From NCBI GenBank assembly GCA_035221665.1, contig CM069150.1, positions 35,278,001 to 35,342,000 of the forward strand: a DNA stretch of 64,000 nucleotides, read 5' to 3'. The stretch is from Okamejei kenojei (Eukaryota). Below the pieces are notes generated by a model. The model made no database searches. It worked only from the letters and a program-made list of their open reading frames with translations, and was not told the DNA's origin. Positions 23,060-35,200 of the stretch are shown here, in pieces; positions within the stretch are counted from its first letter, which is position 1, and every line of letters starts with the position of its first letter. The position numbers were made by a program, and so were the translations under genes.

Positions 23060-23230
23060 ATCTCAGATGCTGGAAATCTGAAATAAAATCAGAAAATACC
23101 TGAAACGTTCAGCAGATCAGGTAGCATCTACAGAAAGCAAAACAGAACCGACCCAAAAACATTAAGTCTGTTTCGCTTTCTGCAGGTTCTGCCTGACTGG
23201 CTGTGTGTTTACACCATTTTCTGGGTTTGA
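23060..23230. mobile_element. Old inverted Penelope-like pLTR remnant
   Basis: CAGATGCTGGAAATCTGAAATAAAA...CAGCAGATCAGGTAGCATC, then the reverse arm CTGCCTGACTGGCTG. Confidence 0.55.
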
Positions 23231-23849
23231 ATTGAGTTACCTGAAGCATGGTTACCAGCTGAACGAGGCTCCACAGGTGAGGCCTTTGTCCGGCAGGTCT
23301 TCATGCTAAGAGTGGACCTCAAGATGGTTGTGAAACCTTGTTTATGGATGACTAACCTGCGCCACCTTCAGGCCACATACTGGCAAACACAACATGAACT
23401 AATAGCTTCTGGGTCCGCTTTACATGCCATTGGATGCCAGGGCAATGAACAAGGCATATGTGGAAGACTCCAAAGGAAAATATGCACATTTTCTGTTGTT
23501 ATAATTGCTAATTCCCAATGCCTGGTGCATCCAAGCACTGAATTTCAAGGCACTTGCAACTGAAATCCTGCAGAATTAAGGCACACAACCTATTTCAAAA
23601 GCCAAGATGTTTAATTATCATATGTACCAATAATGGAACAATTAAATTGTTACTTGCTGCAACTTACAAACCCATAACTGCAATACATACAGATAAATAC
23701 AATAATCAACATAAAATCCAATAGATTAATAACAAAAAAAATCTTGCCGATCCATAAATGCAATAATTTAGAAAATCCAATAAATTAATAATAAGAAAAA
23801 TGAAATCTGCATTGCAAGGGGTGGTGGTGGAGACAGTATGATAGTGGCA

Positions 23850-24035
23850 GTTCATAGGTTCTGAGAGTAGTATTAGGCCATTTGGCACATTAAGTCGACT
23901 TCGCCATTCAATGATGGCTGATCTATTTTTCCCTCTCAACCCCATTCTCCTGCCTTCTCCCCTGACACCCTTACTAATCAAGAATCTGTCAATCTCCGCC
24001 TTATCAATCCATTGACTTGCCCTCCACAGCCGTCT
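23850..24035 (-). mobile_element. CR1 3' end
   Basis: ISKGVRGEGRRMG..SAIIEWR in ORF 23706-23981(-), followed by a CR1 tail. Confidence 0.75.
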
Positions 24036-24039
24036 CTGT

Positions 24040-24205
24040 TAAGAGGCGATTTAAGAGGCTTTTAGATCCCGCACATGGAAACGCAGGAAATAGATGGATA
24101 TGGATCATGCATAGATAGGTAAATGACATCATTTAACTTGGCATCATGTTTAGCACAAACATTGCGGGCCAAGAGCCCATGCCAGTGCTGTCCTGTTGTA
24201 TGTTC
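24040..24205 (+). mobile_element. Degenerate CR1/HER1-like 3' end
   Basis: TTTAAGAGGCTTTTAGAT...GGATATGGATCATGC...TTGGCATCATGTT...CTGTTGTATGTTC. Confidence 0.55.
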
Positions 24206-24549
24206 CAATGCAGCAGCTTTTCCCCAAGTCCTTCAAACTAAAAAGAGGACAGTAGAACATTAATGGAGTGCTCTGGTAAATTTATGATGTTTTACTTCTT
24301 GTGTACAAACTACTTCTGACATTCTCCAGTTAGGAGCTGCATATTCAAGAACTATAAAACGCTTCAGTGGGTCGGTGGTGTTTTAATTCAAATTTCAGCG
24401 TACGAGTGGGGTGGAAGATTGCAACCTTCCCGTGGTCTGCCCTGATCCGACTAATGCAATCAACTCGACGTGCACAAATGGAAGATCAAATAAAACAAGT
24501 TGTCCTACAAGCACGCCACACGAAAGAAGAAGAAGCGTACGAACAAAGC

Positions 24550-24670
24550 TCAGTTTCAGTTTAGTTTATTGCCACGTGTACCAAGGTACAATGAAAAGCT
24601 TTTTGTTGCGTGCTAGCCAGTCAACAGAAAGGCAATACACGATTACAATCTATCCATTTACAGTGTATCA
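24550..24670 (-). mobile_element. Rex1-like 3' tail
   Basis: Matches 1981-2090 (GTTTAGTTTATTGCCACGTGTACCAAGGTACAATGAAAAGCTTTT). Confidence 0.8.
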
Positions 24671-25009
24671 TAGTTAAAGTAGGAAATGGTGCTGTGGGAG
24701 TACAGATTTAAGAGGGTGGAGCGATTGTAACGTGAGTTTGTAGATCTGCTTCTGTGGCTAACACGCCAATAGTCGCCGAAGACTAAACCTGACAATAGTA
24801 ATAAACCAAACCAAAACTTAGCACAAAACGCAACAGTTTTACAGGCCTCAAGACGTAATTTTATCAAGAACCTGATTGCTTCCTTGTGTGCCATTAGCAC
24901 ACTTCCAGATTTTATTCTGGGTGATCCGCATTCACACAAGCCGGAAGGTTGAACCATGCCCTCTGACATTACTGTCGCAAAGTTATCCAACCATGAACCA
25001 CACTTAGGA

Positions 25010-25667
25010 CATGGGCCGCGGAACCGGGGGGGGCTGGGGGGGCTGCAGCCCCTCTACGTTTTTGGCGAGACATACTTCATAACCCAAAATTATCCAGCCC
25101 GCAGGCGTATTTTTCTCTTCTTCTGAGGACCTCCGACATCCAGAATCTCAGAACAAGCACACACTGAGCGTGGTAAAACCAAAGATCATAGAGCGGAGCA
25201 CCGCCCCAAGGATCACAGAGCCGATGCTCCATTCAATGATCTTTGGGCAGCGCCACAACCAGCTGCCCCCCCCCCCCCCAAAACCCTCCCTCCCCTCTGC
25301 ACAACGGCCAATCACAGTGCAGTTCACAGTCGGGATATGGGGTAATGAATGAAGCGCTGTGATTAGCCGCCGAGCAGAAGGGAGGGAGGGTGGGCCCCGA
25401 GCGAGAGAGAGAGAGAGTCAGTCGGCCCCGAGAGAGAGAAGGTCGGGCACCAAGAGGGAGGGAGAGAGGGAGGTGGGGGGATAGGGGATATATCCCCCCA
25501 CTGTTTGAGTTGGGGTTGTGGCCTGCATTATCCACCAGTTTTTGGAGGTTGAGCAAGAACAAAAAATAATAATTGTGCCACCCTCCCCACCGCTCGATCG
25601 CTCCGCTCCCTCACCGGGTCAATGAACGCTCAGCCCCCCCACTTTCAAAAACTTTCCGCGGCCCCTG
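25010..25667. mobile_element. hAT-like non-autonomous DNA transposon (MITE)
   Basis: 14-bp TIR CA(T/G)GGGCCGCGGAA / TTCCGCGGCCCCTG with subterminal GCT(G)CAGCCCC motifs at both ends. No clean 8-bp TSD is visible. Confidence 0.6.
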
Positions 25668-25864
25668 TAGGGTACAAGACTCTCAGACTGAAACAGGCTT
25701 CTGCACACATTGGTGGAAGCCTGACCCCATCTCATCTCCTCCCAGGATATCAGAGGCATCCATCCTCTTCACGTAGGTTTGCCTTTAAGTCGTTTACAAT
25801 CTTCACTCCCTCCATCTCCTGCTCCTGCCAATGATCATGCACAACGCCTCTCCCAAAATGAACC

Positions 25865-25865
<1 letters not shown>

Positions 25866-25917
<52 letters not shown>
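25866..25917 (+). repeat. Poly-C homopolymer (about 52 nt)
   Basis: Direct observation. Confidence 0.95.
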
Positions 25918-26777
25918 ACCCTTGTGTTGCTCACTGCACCCTCCAATTGCCTCCCTACCGGACTCCGATCCTCGTTAATATCTCCAGCCGATTCCAGCCA
26001 CAGACTCTGATCTGAACCTCTGTTTCCCTCCCCTAAACCAAGATCCCCTCTAAATCCTGCTGCACCTTACAATCTATAGTTCAGCTGTCAGCAGGTCTTT
26101 ATACGTATGCAGTATGGTAGCCTTATTCTATCATGTTCACAACCCTGGCCTTGCATTGTGATAACACTTTGATTCTCATACCGTGGCACAACACCATGTT
26201 ACCTCAAGGTTTTTCAGGCAGGGTACCATTTTAGCCCTTGTTGTTGTAACATTGCTTTAATTGTCTTAATATTGTACAGGACGAAAGTCCATTCTGAATC
26301 CGTTTTTCTTATAGTAATAACTCATTTTTTTCTATTTAAAATCCACTAAAATGTGAAAGACATGCAATACTATTGTGGTCTCTGATCTAATAATGCATTA
26401 TCCAGTTTGGTGGTTATCAAAGGTATCTACCAGAAGTGGGCTCAGGTAGAACGTATGTTGAACGTAAACCCAAGAGTATTGCACATATTCAGCAACTCCC
26501 TGGAATTTGAGCGTTGTAGCAATTGGGGCCACACACTGAGGCAGTTCCCCACAAAGAGACTTTTTTGGACTGAGAGGAGGTTGTTACTGAAAGAAGAATG
26601 ACATTTAAAAACAAAAAAGTTTACTTTTAACGCAGAAGTTTTGTTTTAAACCAGGATAAGCAAAATTAAATAAGTTCAAGATTATTACATAGTTTAGGAT
26701 TTTGCATTATTCAAGAAATTTTTGATAGTTGGATGTTCATCGCTGTTATACTGTCAAACCTACAAAAAACAGCCATC

Positions 26778-26890
26778 TCGGTGGGTCAGGCAGCATTTCT
26801 GGAGAAAAGGACTAGGTGACGTTTTGGGTTGAGACCCTTCTTCAGACTGAGAGTCAGGGAGGGGGAAATGAGAGAAATGAAAAGGTACTT
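26778..26890 (-). mobile_element. Penelope-like pLTR fragment
   Basis: GGTGACGTTTTGGGTTGAGACCCTTCTTCAGACTGAGAGTCAGGG (hammerhead with GAAA mutated to AAAA). Confidence 0.8.
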
Positions 26891-27164
26891 AGCCATTGTT
26901 TTGGTTGTGGTTCCAAGTCCGTGTGCTCAAATCAGGGAATGGGTACGGAAGGTGTGTTTTGAACACAACAAATCCACTCAGGTTTGGTTTCCATTCAAGC
27001 CACTGACATCTGGTGGAATGCTAAAGAGAGAAGAGGGCAAGGGACTTTGCCTTCAAAGGAAACCAGCAGCATGAACATCTTATCTGTTGCTGTGAATCTC
27101 CAGGGAAGCATTGGAGAGCGCTGTTGAAAGAGGCGTGAGACAAGAGGCCCTACAAGAATACCAA

Positions 27165-27250
27165 GAGTCTGATGTTTGGTCTTGACCTGAAACGTCACCC
27201 ATTCCTTCTCTCCAGAGATGCTGAGTTACTCCAGCTTTTAGTGTCTACCA
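27165..27250 (+). mobile_element. Penelope-like pLTR fragment
   Basis: GTCTGATGTTTGGTCTTGACCTGAAACGTCACCCATTCC. Confidence 0.75.
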
Positions 27251-28465
27251 AGGGTGTGTTACACAGGTAGGAAAGAGAGACAAAACTAGTTATCCCTGAA
27301 CTAAGATACACAGCTATAATTCATTGAAGTTTACGATTTTATACCCAACTATACTTTGTTATCACTCCCTCCATTTTTTTTTTAAATGCTTTGAAATTGT
27401 TTTATTTTTCAGTTTACATTGACATTTCCAGGTCTCCGTGTACTTCTTTCATCTGATTTGAATTGTCCTTTGAAAATATTCCAGAAGATTCCCTGACTTT
27501 TTTTATTAGGTGGGGGGGGGGGGGGGAAGGCCTGTAATCGTTATTTCCTTCAGTTTTTACTTTTAATTTTGTGTTTGTACATCAGCCAGAACAAATAAAA
27601 ATGTTACTTGTATTTAGTGTCTCTTTCACCACTGCCAGCTCCTCCTTCCCCATAGATTTCTTGATCATGTTCATCTTTCAAACCAAACTTCCATCTTTGT
27701 CCATTTTGTGATACTAATATTATTATGTTGAGATAAGACAAGAGGCAGGTATGAATGAAAAGAAGAGATGAACAGATTTGTGTCTACTTTGTGAAGTAGA
27801 TTGTCCTAGCTTATGACACATGAAATGCATTAAGAACCCATATCCATTTAGGTACCATCTATAATTGTCTGCATTTTGTGGAGACAATATTCTTTCCATT
27901 TTCTTTCAAGTTCAAAGAAAACGATTCAAAGATACATAAAACATGCATCCTCTATCACTGCATAGTGTTGCAATATAGAAAAGCCAGTTGATCTCAGTAA
28001 TAAAACAATGGATATTATTGGTTGCTTAATTGCAAAGAAACAGAAGCATTGGTGTATTGGTGCACTGCTTATAGCCGAGAGAAAAGAGAACTATTGGTGA
28101 TTAAAACAGTATCAAACAACAGGGATCTAAAATGATATGTTCTTCGCATTAAACCACAAGGCTGCAGTAAGTGCCCAGTCTGACTTCTCCAGTATTGAGC
28201 TAATATATGTAGTTTAGTTTTTAAATGATGGTATTCTGATAAACAAATGTGTCATGGAATCACACAATGTCAAAGAATCTATTTAATTCATCTAAAGAAA
28301 CTCTTCATCTCCGTGCTTTCTTTGACAAACTATTTTTTGCCAATTGGCAAAGAGGAGATCTTCCTGCAGTTCATCACAATGGGGGAATCAAGAAGCCATT
28401 CCTGAAGAGATGTTCAGCTTACTCTGGACAACAGTTGAGCAGGAACCTGGTTCATAAATTCATAA

Positions 28466-28799
28466 TGGCCCAGTCCCACTGTACGAGTTCATTCAAGTGC
28501 TCTCCCGAGTTTTTAAAAAAAAAAATCAAACTCGTGGTAAGCACGTAGAATGAACGTAGCGGGTACGTCGGAGCTCGGGGACGCCTCTTAGCGGCTCGTA
28601 ACGCTAACGGCAGGTACTCGGGAAGACTCGTTAACGGCAGGTAAGCTCGGGAAGCCTCGTGAGGATTTTTCAACATGTTGAAAAATGTCCACAAGAGCCC
28701 CGAGTACCAACGAGTGGCCATTACCGCAAATCTCCGAGTTCGAATCAGGGCAAACTCGGGAAGAACTCTTGAATGAACTCGTACAGTGGGACAGGGCCT
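28466..28799. mobile_element. PIF/Harbinger-like MITE with TAA TSD
   Basis: TIR GGCCC(A/T)GTCCCACTGTACGAGTTCATTCAAG, with TAA at 28463-28465 and 28800-28802. Removing the element restores the CR1 tail TTCATAAGTTCTAGG. Confidence 0.9.
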
Positions 28800-29195
28800 T
28801 AAGTTCTAGGAACAGAATTAGGCCATTCGGCCCAAAAAGACTACTGCGCCATTCAATCATGGCTGATCTATCTTTCCTTCTCAACCCCATCACCTGACTT
28901 CTCCCCATAACCCATGTTACACTTACTGATCCAGAAGAATCAGTCGATCTGTGTCTTAAAAATATCCATTGACTGGGCCTCCACAGCCATTTGTGGCAAT
29001 GAATTCCACAGATTCACCACTCTCTTGCCTAAATAAATTCCTACTCATCTCCTTTCTAAAGATACATCCTTTTATTCTGAGGCTATGGCCGCTGGTCCTA
29101 GACTCTCCCAACAGTGGAAACATCCTCTCCACATTCACTCTCTCCAGGCCTTTCGCTATTCAGTAAGTTGCAATGAGGTGACCCCTTGTCCTTCT
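28800..29195 (-). mobile_element. CR1 3' fragment
   Basis: NVERMFPLLGESRTSGHSLRIKGCIFRKEMSRNLF. Confidence 0.85.
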
Positions 29196-29491
29196 ACATG
29201 GAAGTGGCGGTATGATGTGGGTTAACCCAACTGCCTCCTCTCCCAGAGGTAGAAGTGGGATTGGGTAACCCAACTGAAAACTGGGAGGATAACCTACATG
29301 CAGAGGACATTCATGATCAATGGAAGAAAGAATAGTTTTGAAAGTTAAAAATAATCTTTCAGCTCAGAAAAGGTATCTGTTGGAGAGGCAGAGGAAACGT
29401 GAACATGGGTAGAAGACCCAAGAAACACCAACTGTTCCCTTGAGCACAATCTCAAGATGGTGGCTAAAATTTTCACATCAATCAGTCTTAC

Positions 29492-29566
29492 CACAGTGAA
29501 TTTGAGACCTCAAAATCTGCCATCTGCACACAAGAGTTTTTAGATGAATATTCGTAGTGTCCCTCA
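29492..29566 (-). other. Candidate exon (75 nt), no recognised product
   Basis: ctttcttcttcttcacaacag|TGAGGG...CTGTG|gtaaga. Length is divisible by 3 and two frames are open. Support is splice motifs only. Confidence 0.3.
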
Positions 29567-29594
29567 CTGTTGTGAAGAAGAAGAAAGCTTTCAA

Positions 29595-29915
29595 CTCTGA
29601 TACCCCTTCCTCTCCGTCCCTCCCCCACCCAAGTCATTGTACTAGGTTCAAAGTCCTTGTCGAGTCTCATTGTTTATAACTCATTTTCACCTAGCCCACA
29701 GCTAACAATGGCCTGCTTCCTTTATCATCGTTACTTTCTTGCATATCTTTCATTCATTTATCCTATAATCTCTCCATATTACCGTCTATATCGCTTGTTT
29801 CCCTTTCCCCTGACTCTCAGTCTGAAGAAGGGTCTCGACCCGAAACGTCACCTTTTCCTTTTCCCAAGAGATGATGTCTTGACCCACTGAGTCACTCCAG
29901 CCTTTTGTGCTTATC
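29595..29915 (+). mobile_element. Penelope-like 3' region/pLTR
   Basis: Pyrimidine-rich pLTR body followed by CAGTCTGAAGAAGGGTCTCGACCCGAAACGTCACC. Confidence 0.85.
29822..29849 (+). ncRNA. Minimal hammerhead ribozyme motif (intact core)
   Basis: CUGAAGA-A-GGGUC-UC-GACCC-GAAAC-GUC, with palindromic ACGU stem III and a short stem I (GU/AC). Confidence 0.7.
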
Positions 29916-32017
29916 CACCATCAACTAGAGGGGTTGTTTACAGTCCAGCCGCATTCAGCCTTTAAATCATGAATGGTTTTATCATCTTCGACTCAGGAGG
30001 GGTGAGCGAGCCTTCAGCAAATAGATTTAGTCATCCAGCTTTAATGGTTTCAGCAAGACGAGAGAAGTTGCTGATTGGCTAAACATAGATGATTACATCA
30101 GGGAAGGCTATTAGTAATTAATGAAATGCTGGCAGTAATTGGGAAAGTGTAAGGGGCCTGTAATGGAAGTCATCCATTCTACGCATTCTTCCTAGACGTG
30201 GAACAATCCCTCACTATCCTTATGATCTCACATGCTTATCCATGCAAATCTATCTGACAGGAAGGTACATCTCTGTCTCCTTAATTGGACAGAATGGAGT
30301 TGTTTATGGATATCGCAGACATTTAGGCCTCAGTAGGGGGTTACTCAAAAAACTCGTTAGCAAAAGCCACCCTAACAATCCAGTCAGATTCCTTCCCCTG
30401 AGCTCGGAGTGTCCAGTGAAATGGTGTTTCAATCAGACATTAATTTCTAGAATAGAGAAGGAGAATATCTCCAGCAGGCAGGAAGCCCAATCAATGGACT
30501 TGATTTACAACTTTTCATATCCCTGCTCTTTATCAACACTGAGAGGTTTTATATAATTTGAACCTTGTAATGTTCCCATGTGAGAAATGGGTTATGAATC
30601 ATGCAGAGCAATAAACTATCTTATGTGCACTGGGACAGTGTGTGATGTAGTGGAAAAATGTATTCAGTATTGTGTAATCCCAAGCCCCATCATTTAAAGA
30701 GACAGTAATATTTTTTAGTGACCCACTGTAAGTCAGAGTTATCAAAATTCAAATCTATGCAGCATACCTTTTTAGCCCTCAGCTTCTAATATTTATGAGA
30801 TGCAGTAATGATATAATTTTGTGCTCATTGTGGTGGGAAACAGTCCCTTTGCACACAATGCTAGTTAAATATTCCCAGGCCAGTTATGCCCGCAGTCAGT
30901 TCTAGGTAAAAGCTGGTGCCCAACCATGGCAGTCACTGACAAATGACTACGTTGAGTCAGGAATAGGTGTGGTCTGTGTTCAACCGGGCTGTGGCATCTG
31001 GAGCGTTTTACAGGGTTCTGGCACCTTGTCACTTTGAACAGTTTAGTTCTTGGTGAGCGCTCTGTCATCGAGGGCTTGATTCCTACATAAAGGTTTCCGA
31101 GCACTCCATCCATGGCATCAGTTAGCAAGCTAAGTGATCCTTACCGATGAAGTGCCAGAATCTATACCTCTTTCAGTACCAGCACGGGGAACAGCTGTTG
31201 AGAGCAGATAAATTCTCAATGGCTGTTCTCAATAGAAATTGCATTGAAATCTGAAAGACTGGAGAGATTTTCTAATCGCCTCCACTGACTGTTCATTTTC
31301 TTTTGTATTCCAACGTTCCTTGCTGGCTGCTTGTTTTCCCCTCCATCTCTCTATTTTGTTTACCTTCAATACTTTTTCCACTTTCTACCATTTTCTTTTA
31401 CCTTTTTTTTTCCTTATCGTATCTTATCGTGCCTCGTTTGATTTTGATTTTATTTTCCAGACAGTTTTTTTCCTTCATTGTATTTGTTTCGCCTATCTTT
31501 TTCTCTCCATTATCATTAAATGCCATCGTCTGTATTCTTATATATTAAATAAAAACACAGAAAAGGCTGGTTGCTATCAGATAGGAAAGAAATTATCCTG
31601 TTTTGGATATCATCTTTCATCAAAGCTCCCAGCGGATTCTGTTTATATTTCATGTTTCCAGATTTTTTTTTTTGTTCTGTATGTCCCGAACGTATACAAA
31701 TGGAACTCGTCTGTCAGCTATTTTTACAAAGACTCTAATCCATTTATTTTAAACGAGTTCATTTATTTTAAAAGGCTTGGCATCTTAGTTAAAGCTGTGG
31801 AGGAATTTCACTCTGCAAACGAGAGCACATTCGTTACTGGCTTCGGGCAGAACAATTTCAGCCGTTTTATCTCTGGAGTTTAATCTCTTTCCTATTTTCA
31901 AGCTGCAAATAATCACTAAAAACAGCGATGAATCATTTTGGGCAGCCGTACACCTGGCTACCCTCAAATCCTCCCCCTGATTTCAGTGCCAGGGCCCTGT
32001 CCATTGGCTGCTTCTTA

Positions 32018-32281
32018 GTGTGTTGGAAGGAACTGCAGATGCTGGTTTAAACCGAAAGTAGACACAAAAAAAGCTGGAGTAACTCAGCAGGCACAGGCAA
32101 CATCGCTGGAGAGAAGGAATGGGTGACGTTTTGGGTCTAGACCCTTCTTCAGGCCAGTCAGAAGGAATGGGTGACGTTTCGGGTCGAGACCCTTCTTCAG
32201 ACTGAAGAAGGGTCTCAACCCGAAACTTCAGCCATTCCATCTCTCCAGAGATGCTGCTCCAGCTTTTTGTGTCGATCTTCT
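32018..32281. mobile_element. Inverted Penelope-like pLTR unit with tandem hammerheads
   Basis: Two tandem minus-strand motifs (32125-32152, 32173-32200) and one plus-strand motif (32202-32229). Flanking repeat GCTGCTT(C/T)TTA. Confidence 0.85.
32173..32200 (-). ncRNA. Minimal hammerhead ribozyme motif (intact core)
   Basis: Minus strand CUGAAGAAGGGUCUCGACCCGAAACGUC. Confidence 0.7.
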
Positions 32282-35200
32282 GCTGCTTTTTATTCACCTC
32301 TTTCGGACATTGTAAACATTCACCAGTCACTATCAACTGCAAATTAAAAGTACCTGTTTTTATAAAAGTGTTAAAAAAATAGTGCTTGTTGTGGCAAGTC
32401 AGGTGTTGTATTCAGAAAAATGAAGCCAACAAATTGTTAAGTGTCAAGTGTATTGGTTTAAGCCAGTACTGAATTACACACAACCAATTCTCTCGACTTA
32501 AGGCATGAAAGCTAAGATTCCAGTGCTTTTGTTATCGTTATTATTTATTTTTATTGTGAAGGGTGCATTGTGAAGGGTATTTAAATGATAAATTCTCTAT
32601 GTGGTGTTACCAGCATATCCTAAATAATCAAATCTTACACAGTCATACCATTGGATTTTACTCTCCACGGAATTTAAATATATTTTTACTATTCTCAATA
32701 GTTGAGATCTCAATTTGAAATAGCGCAGATTGTGTGGAAAGTTGCTGGTTACTCAAATACAAGGAACACCACGCATACCGAGCCAAGGCGAGGAGTTAGT
32801 TGCAACATGTCAAGGTGATTCCAGCTATTCGACAAGCAGCCGCTCCTCAGACCTGCTCCTGTATGCACGTTGCTGGGAGTAACATTTTTCACTGGTGAAA
32901 AAGGGCTTCCGTTTGCTTTTACAACACATTCTGGTTCGTTTTATTCTTTTTGTCGCTGCTTAAGAAGATCAGGGAGCACCCAGGGTTAAAATCTCCAGCG
33001 TTTGTTTGACATTTATACCCAGGATTTCCTGGTAACAGTCTGTACACTTGTAATCTTAACTAGAGCACAAATTCCACTTAAGGTATCACACAAGTATTTG
33101 TGTGGGAACAACTGTGGTAACATTTCATTATATATATATATAATTTTGATCATAAACTACCCAGCTTGTCCAACATCACACATTAATAACCAGAGTAAAT
33201 TCAATGCTGTTATAATTACCCCAGCTCACAGATCCCACAGGCATAGCTTTGGTTTGGTATCAAGCAACCCAGTTGACTTACAGGTTACAGTTACTTCTTG
33301 TTTTTTGCTTTAACTTTCTCGGCTGGTCTTCCCTTATTTTGTGGTTGTTCCTTTATTTTATTCTCTCCTTCCAGATTGCATTGGTAGCCCCAGTGTGCTC
33401 CCAGTAATGCAGAAGGGCATAATTTGGATCAATTAAGTAGTCAGGAAACCATAGAGTTGTGACAGGAACACAATGTAGAACCCGAGTAGCAGGCACAGTG
33501 TGAACGAGAACAGAGCTGAGAAAAGGCTTAACAAAATTACTGAACTCCAGTAACACCAAAATAAATAGGAAAGCACCCTTCTCTGGGGAACACGAAAATC
33601 CGAATCAATTTTAGCTCATTCCGAACTGTGAGCAGTGAAAAATATTTTTCTGATCTGCGTCGTGCCAATTTTCTATTGGTTAAATTTCAATTTGTTCAAT
33701 TTGTTTAAATTTCCATGAAATGAAAACCCTAGGACAGGTCAGTTATTATTCTCATCACAATTAAAAATCGCATTTTCTTGTCCATGGTTATGCACGGTTA
33801 TTAGTAATTTTGAAGTTCAGGCCTCTATTAATTACTGTTAAATCAATATAATCTTGTAAAAATGCAAAATATTGATTGATATAATTTTATTTATCTAATT
33901 TAATTTTAGTATAACATTGATGTTAAATCAAATTTCCAATATACTAGAAACATGTAGAACCTCTGTGCTCCCCTAAGCCATTGATATTCAATGTTAAAAG
34001 AATAAACACTTTACAAAATGGCATTGGTACATTTTAAAATATACCAGAAAGTCGCAGAATTTGGACATCTTCAACACGGTGGGTTTTTTTAAACTGAAAT
34101 TCTTCACAGTTTCTTTTTCATGAATATAAAAAAATGGAGGAACTCCCTCAGTTAAGGCATCAAATAATAAAAATAATAATGAACGCCTAGGCTTAGCCAG
34201 TGTTGTCAGCACAAAAGACCTCCTGGGCTATAGTAAAAATGCCACAGTGTGTTGTCTCAGCACCTAGCCAGATCCAGAAGCTTTTGTTGCACTGCTTTCT
34301 CTCTTCCCACAGACATTATCCGTTCGATTAAGTTGTGCAGCAACTGGCTTTGTTAATATTTCCACTGCTTCACAGATTTCTGGATCTTTCCATTTCAAAT
34401 ACAATAGTTGAAGACCACAAATTTCCTATTAACTAGATTGCCTTTGTTACCGGTATATTTCTGTAATTTATGGTTGCAAGACCTGGATTTGCTGATTAGG
34501 GTAGGAGGTGCCTCATGATATTAAATATGACAGTGGCAATATGTAATGGTTTCGCTTAATTGATGTTGCGCTGACCTTTTTGGAACCCAGTGTACATATA
34601 ATGCAGATCAGTTTTATTGTTAGAATTTCTCTGAGTCGCTGTGTTAAAAAAAAAATCAATGGTTATTGCATCTTCTATTTTCCAAAGATATTTTTGCAGT
34701 TTGATCAATACCGGCACTGGGACTGGTAAATGCTGTAATATGTGTGTGTGTTGATTGAACAGATCTATTTAAATCTTTATAAACACTTGCGCGCTGCTTT
34801 CTGTGCTTTCCATAAACAGCATTTTGGAGTACTGTAAAATATAATTCAGCAGGATTAGATCCTTTCAGTTTCGAAATCTAATAACCTTGGCAAAGCATAG
34901 ACTTTAAAAATACACATTTTTTTTGAGACCGGTAGCCTTTTATTAGCCTGCAAGAGAGGTGAAATGAATGGGTTTAAAGACTATCACAGTTTTTCACATT
35001 TCTTCAACATAAAAGTCACTTTGTTTTCACAAAGTTGCAGTATTTTTCTAGAAAGCCATTTTCTTTCCTGTGTCGTTTTTAGCTTCCAGCACAAACCATA
35101 TATACTTTAAATACCACTTTGATTTTAAAAAAAGCACTCAGAAAACTTAAATGAGCAAACCAAATATGAAAGGTAAATATTATTTTTGAGAGAAAGTCAA

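Noticed and set aside
25779-26015. Poly-proline ORF
   Set aside because: It is a translation of the poly-C homopolymer.
31303-31883. 187-aa and 81-aa hydrophobic ORFs that look like membrane proteins
   Set aside because: They arise from a T/C-rich strand-skewed tract that yields F/L/S/I codons and few stops. They start at TTG and contain no recognisable domain.
31992-32013. REST/RE1-like site GGCCCTGTCCATTGG
   Set aside because: Only a half-site matches; the GTGCTGAA half is absent.
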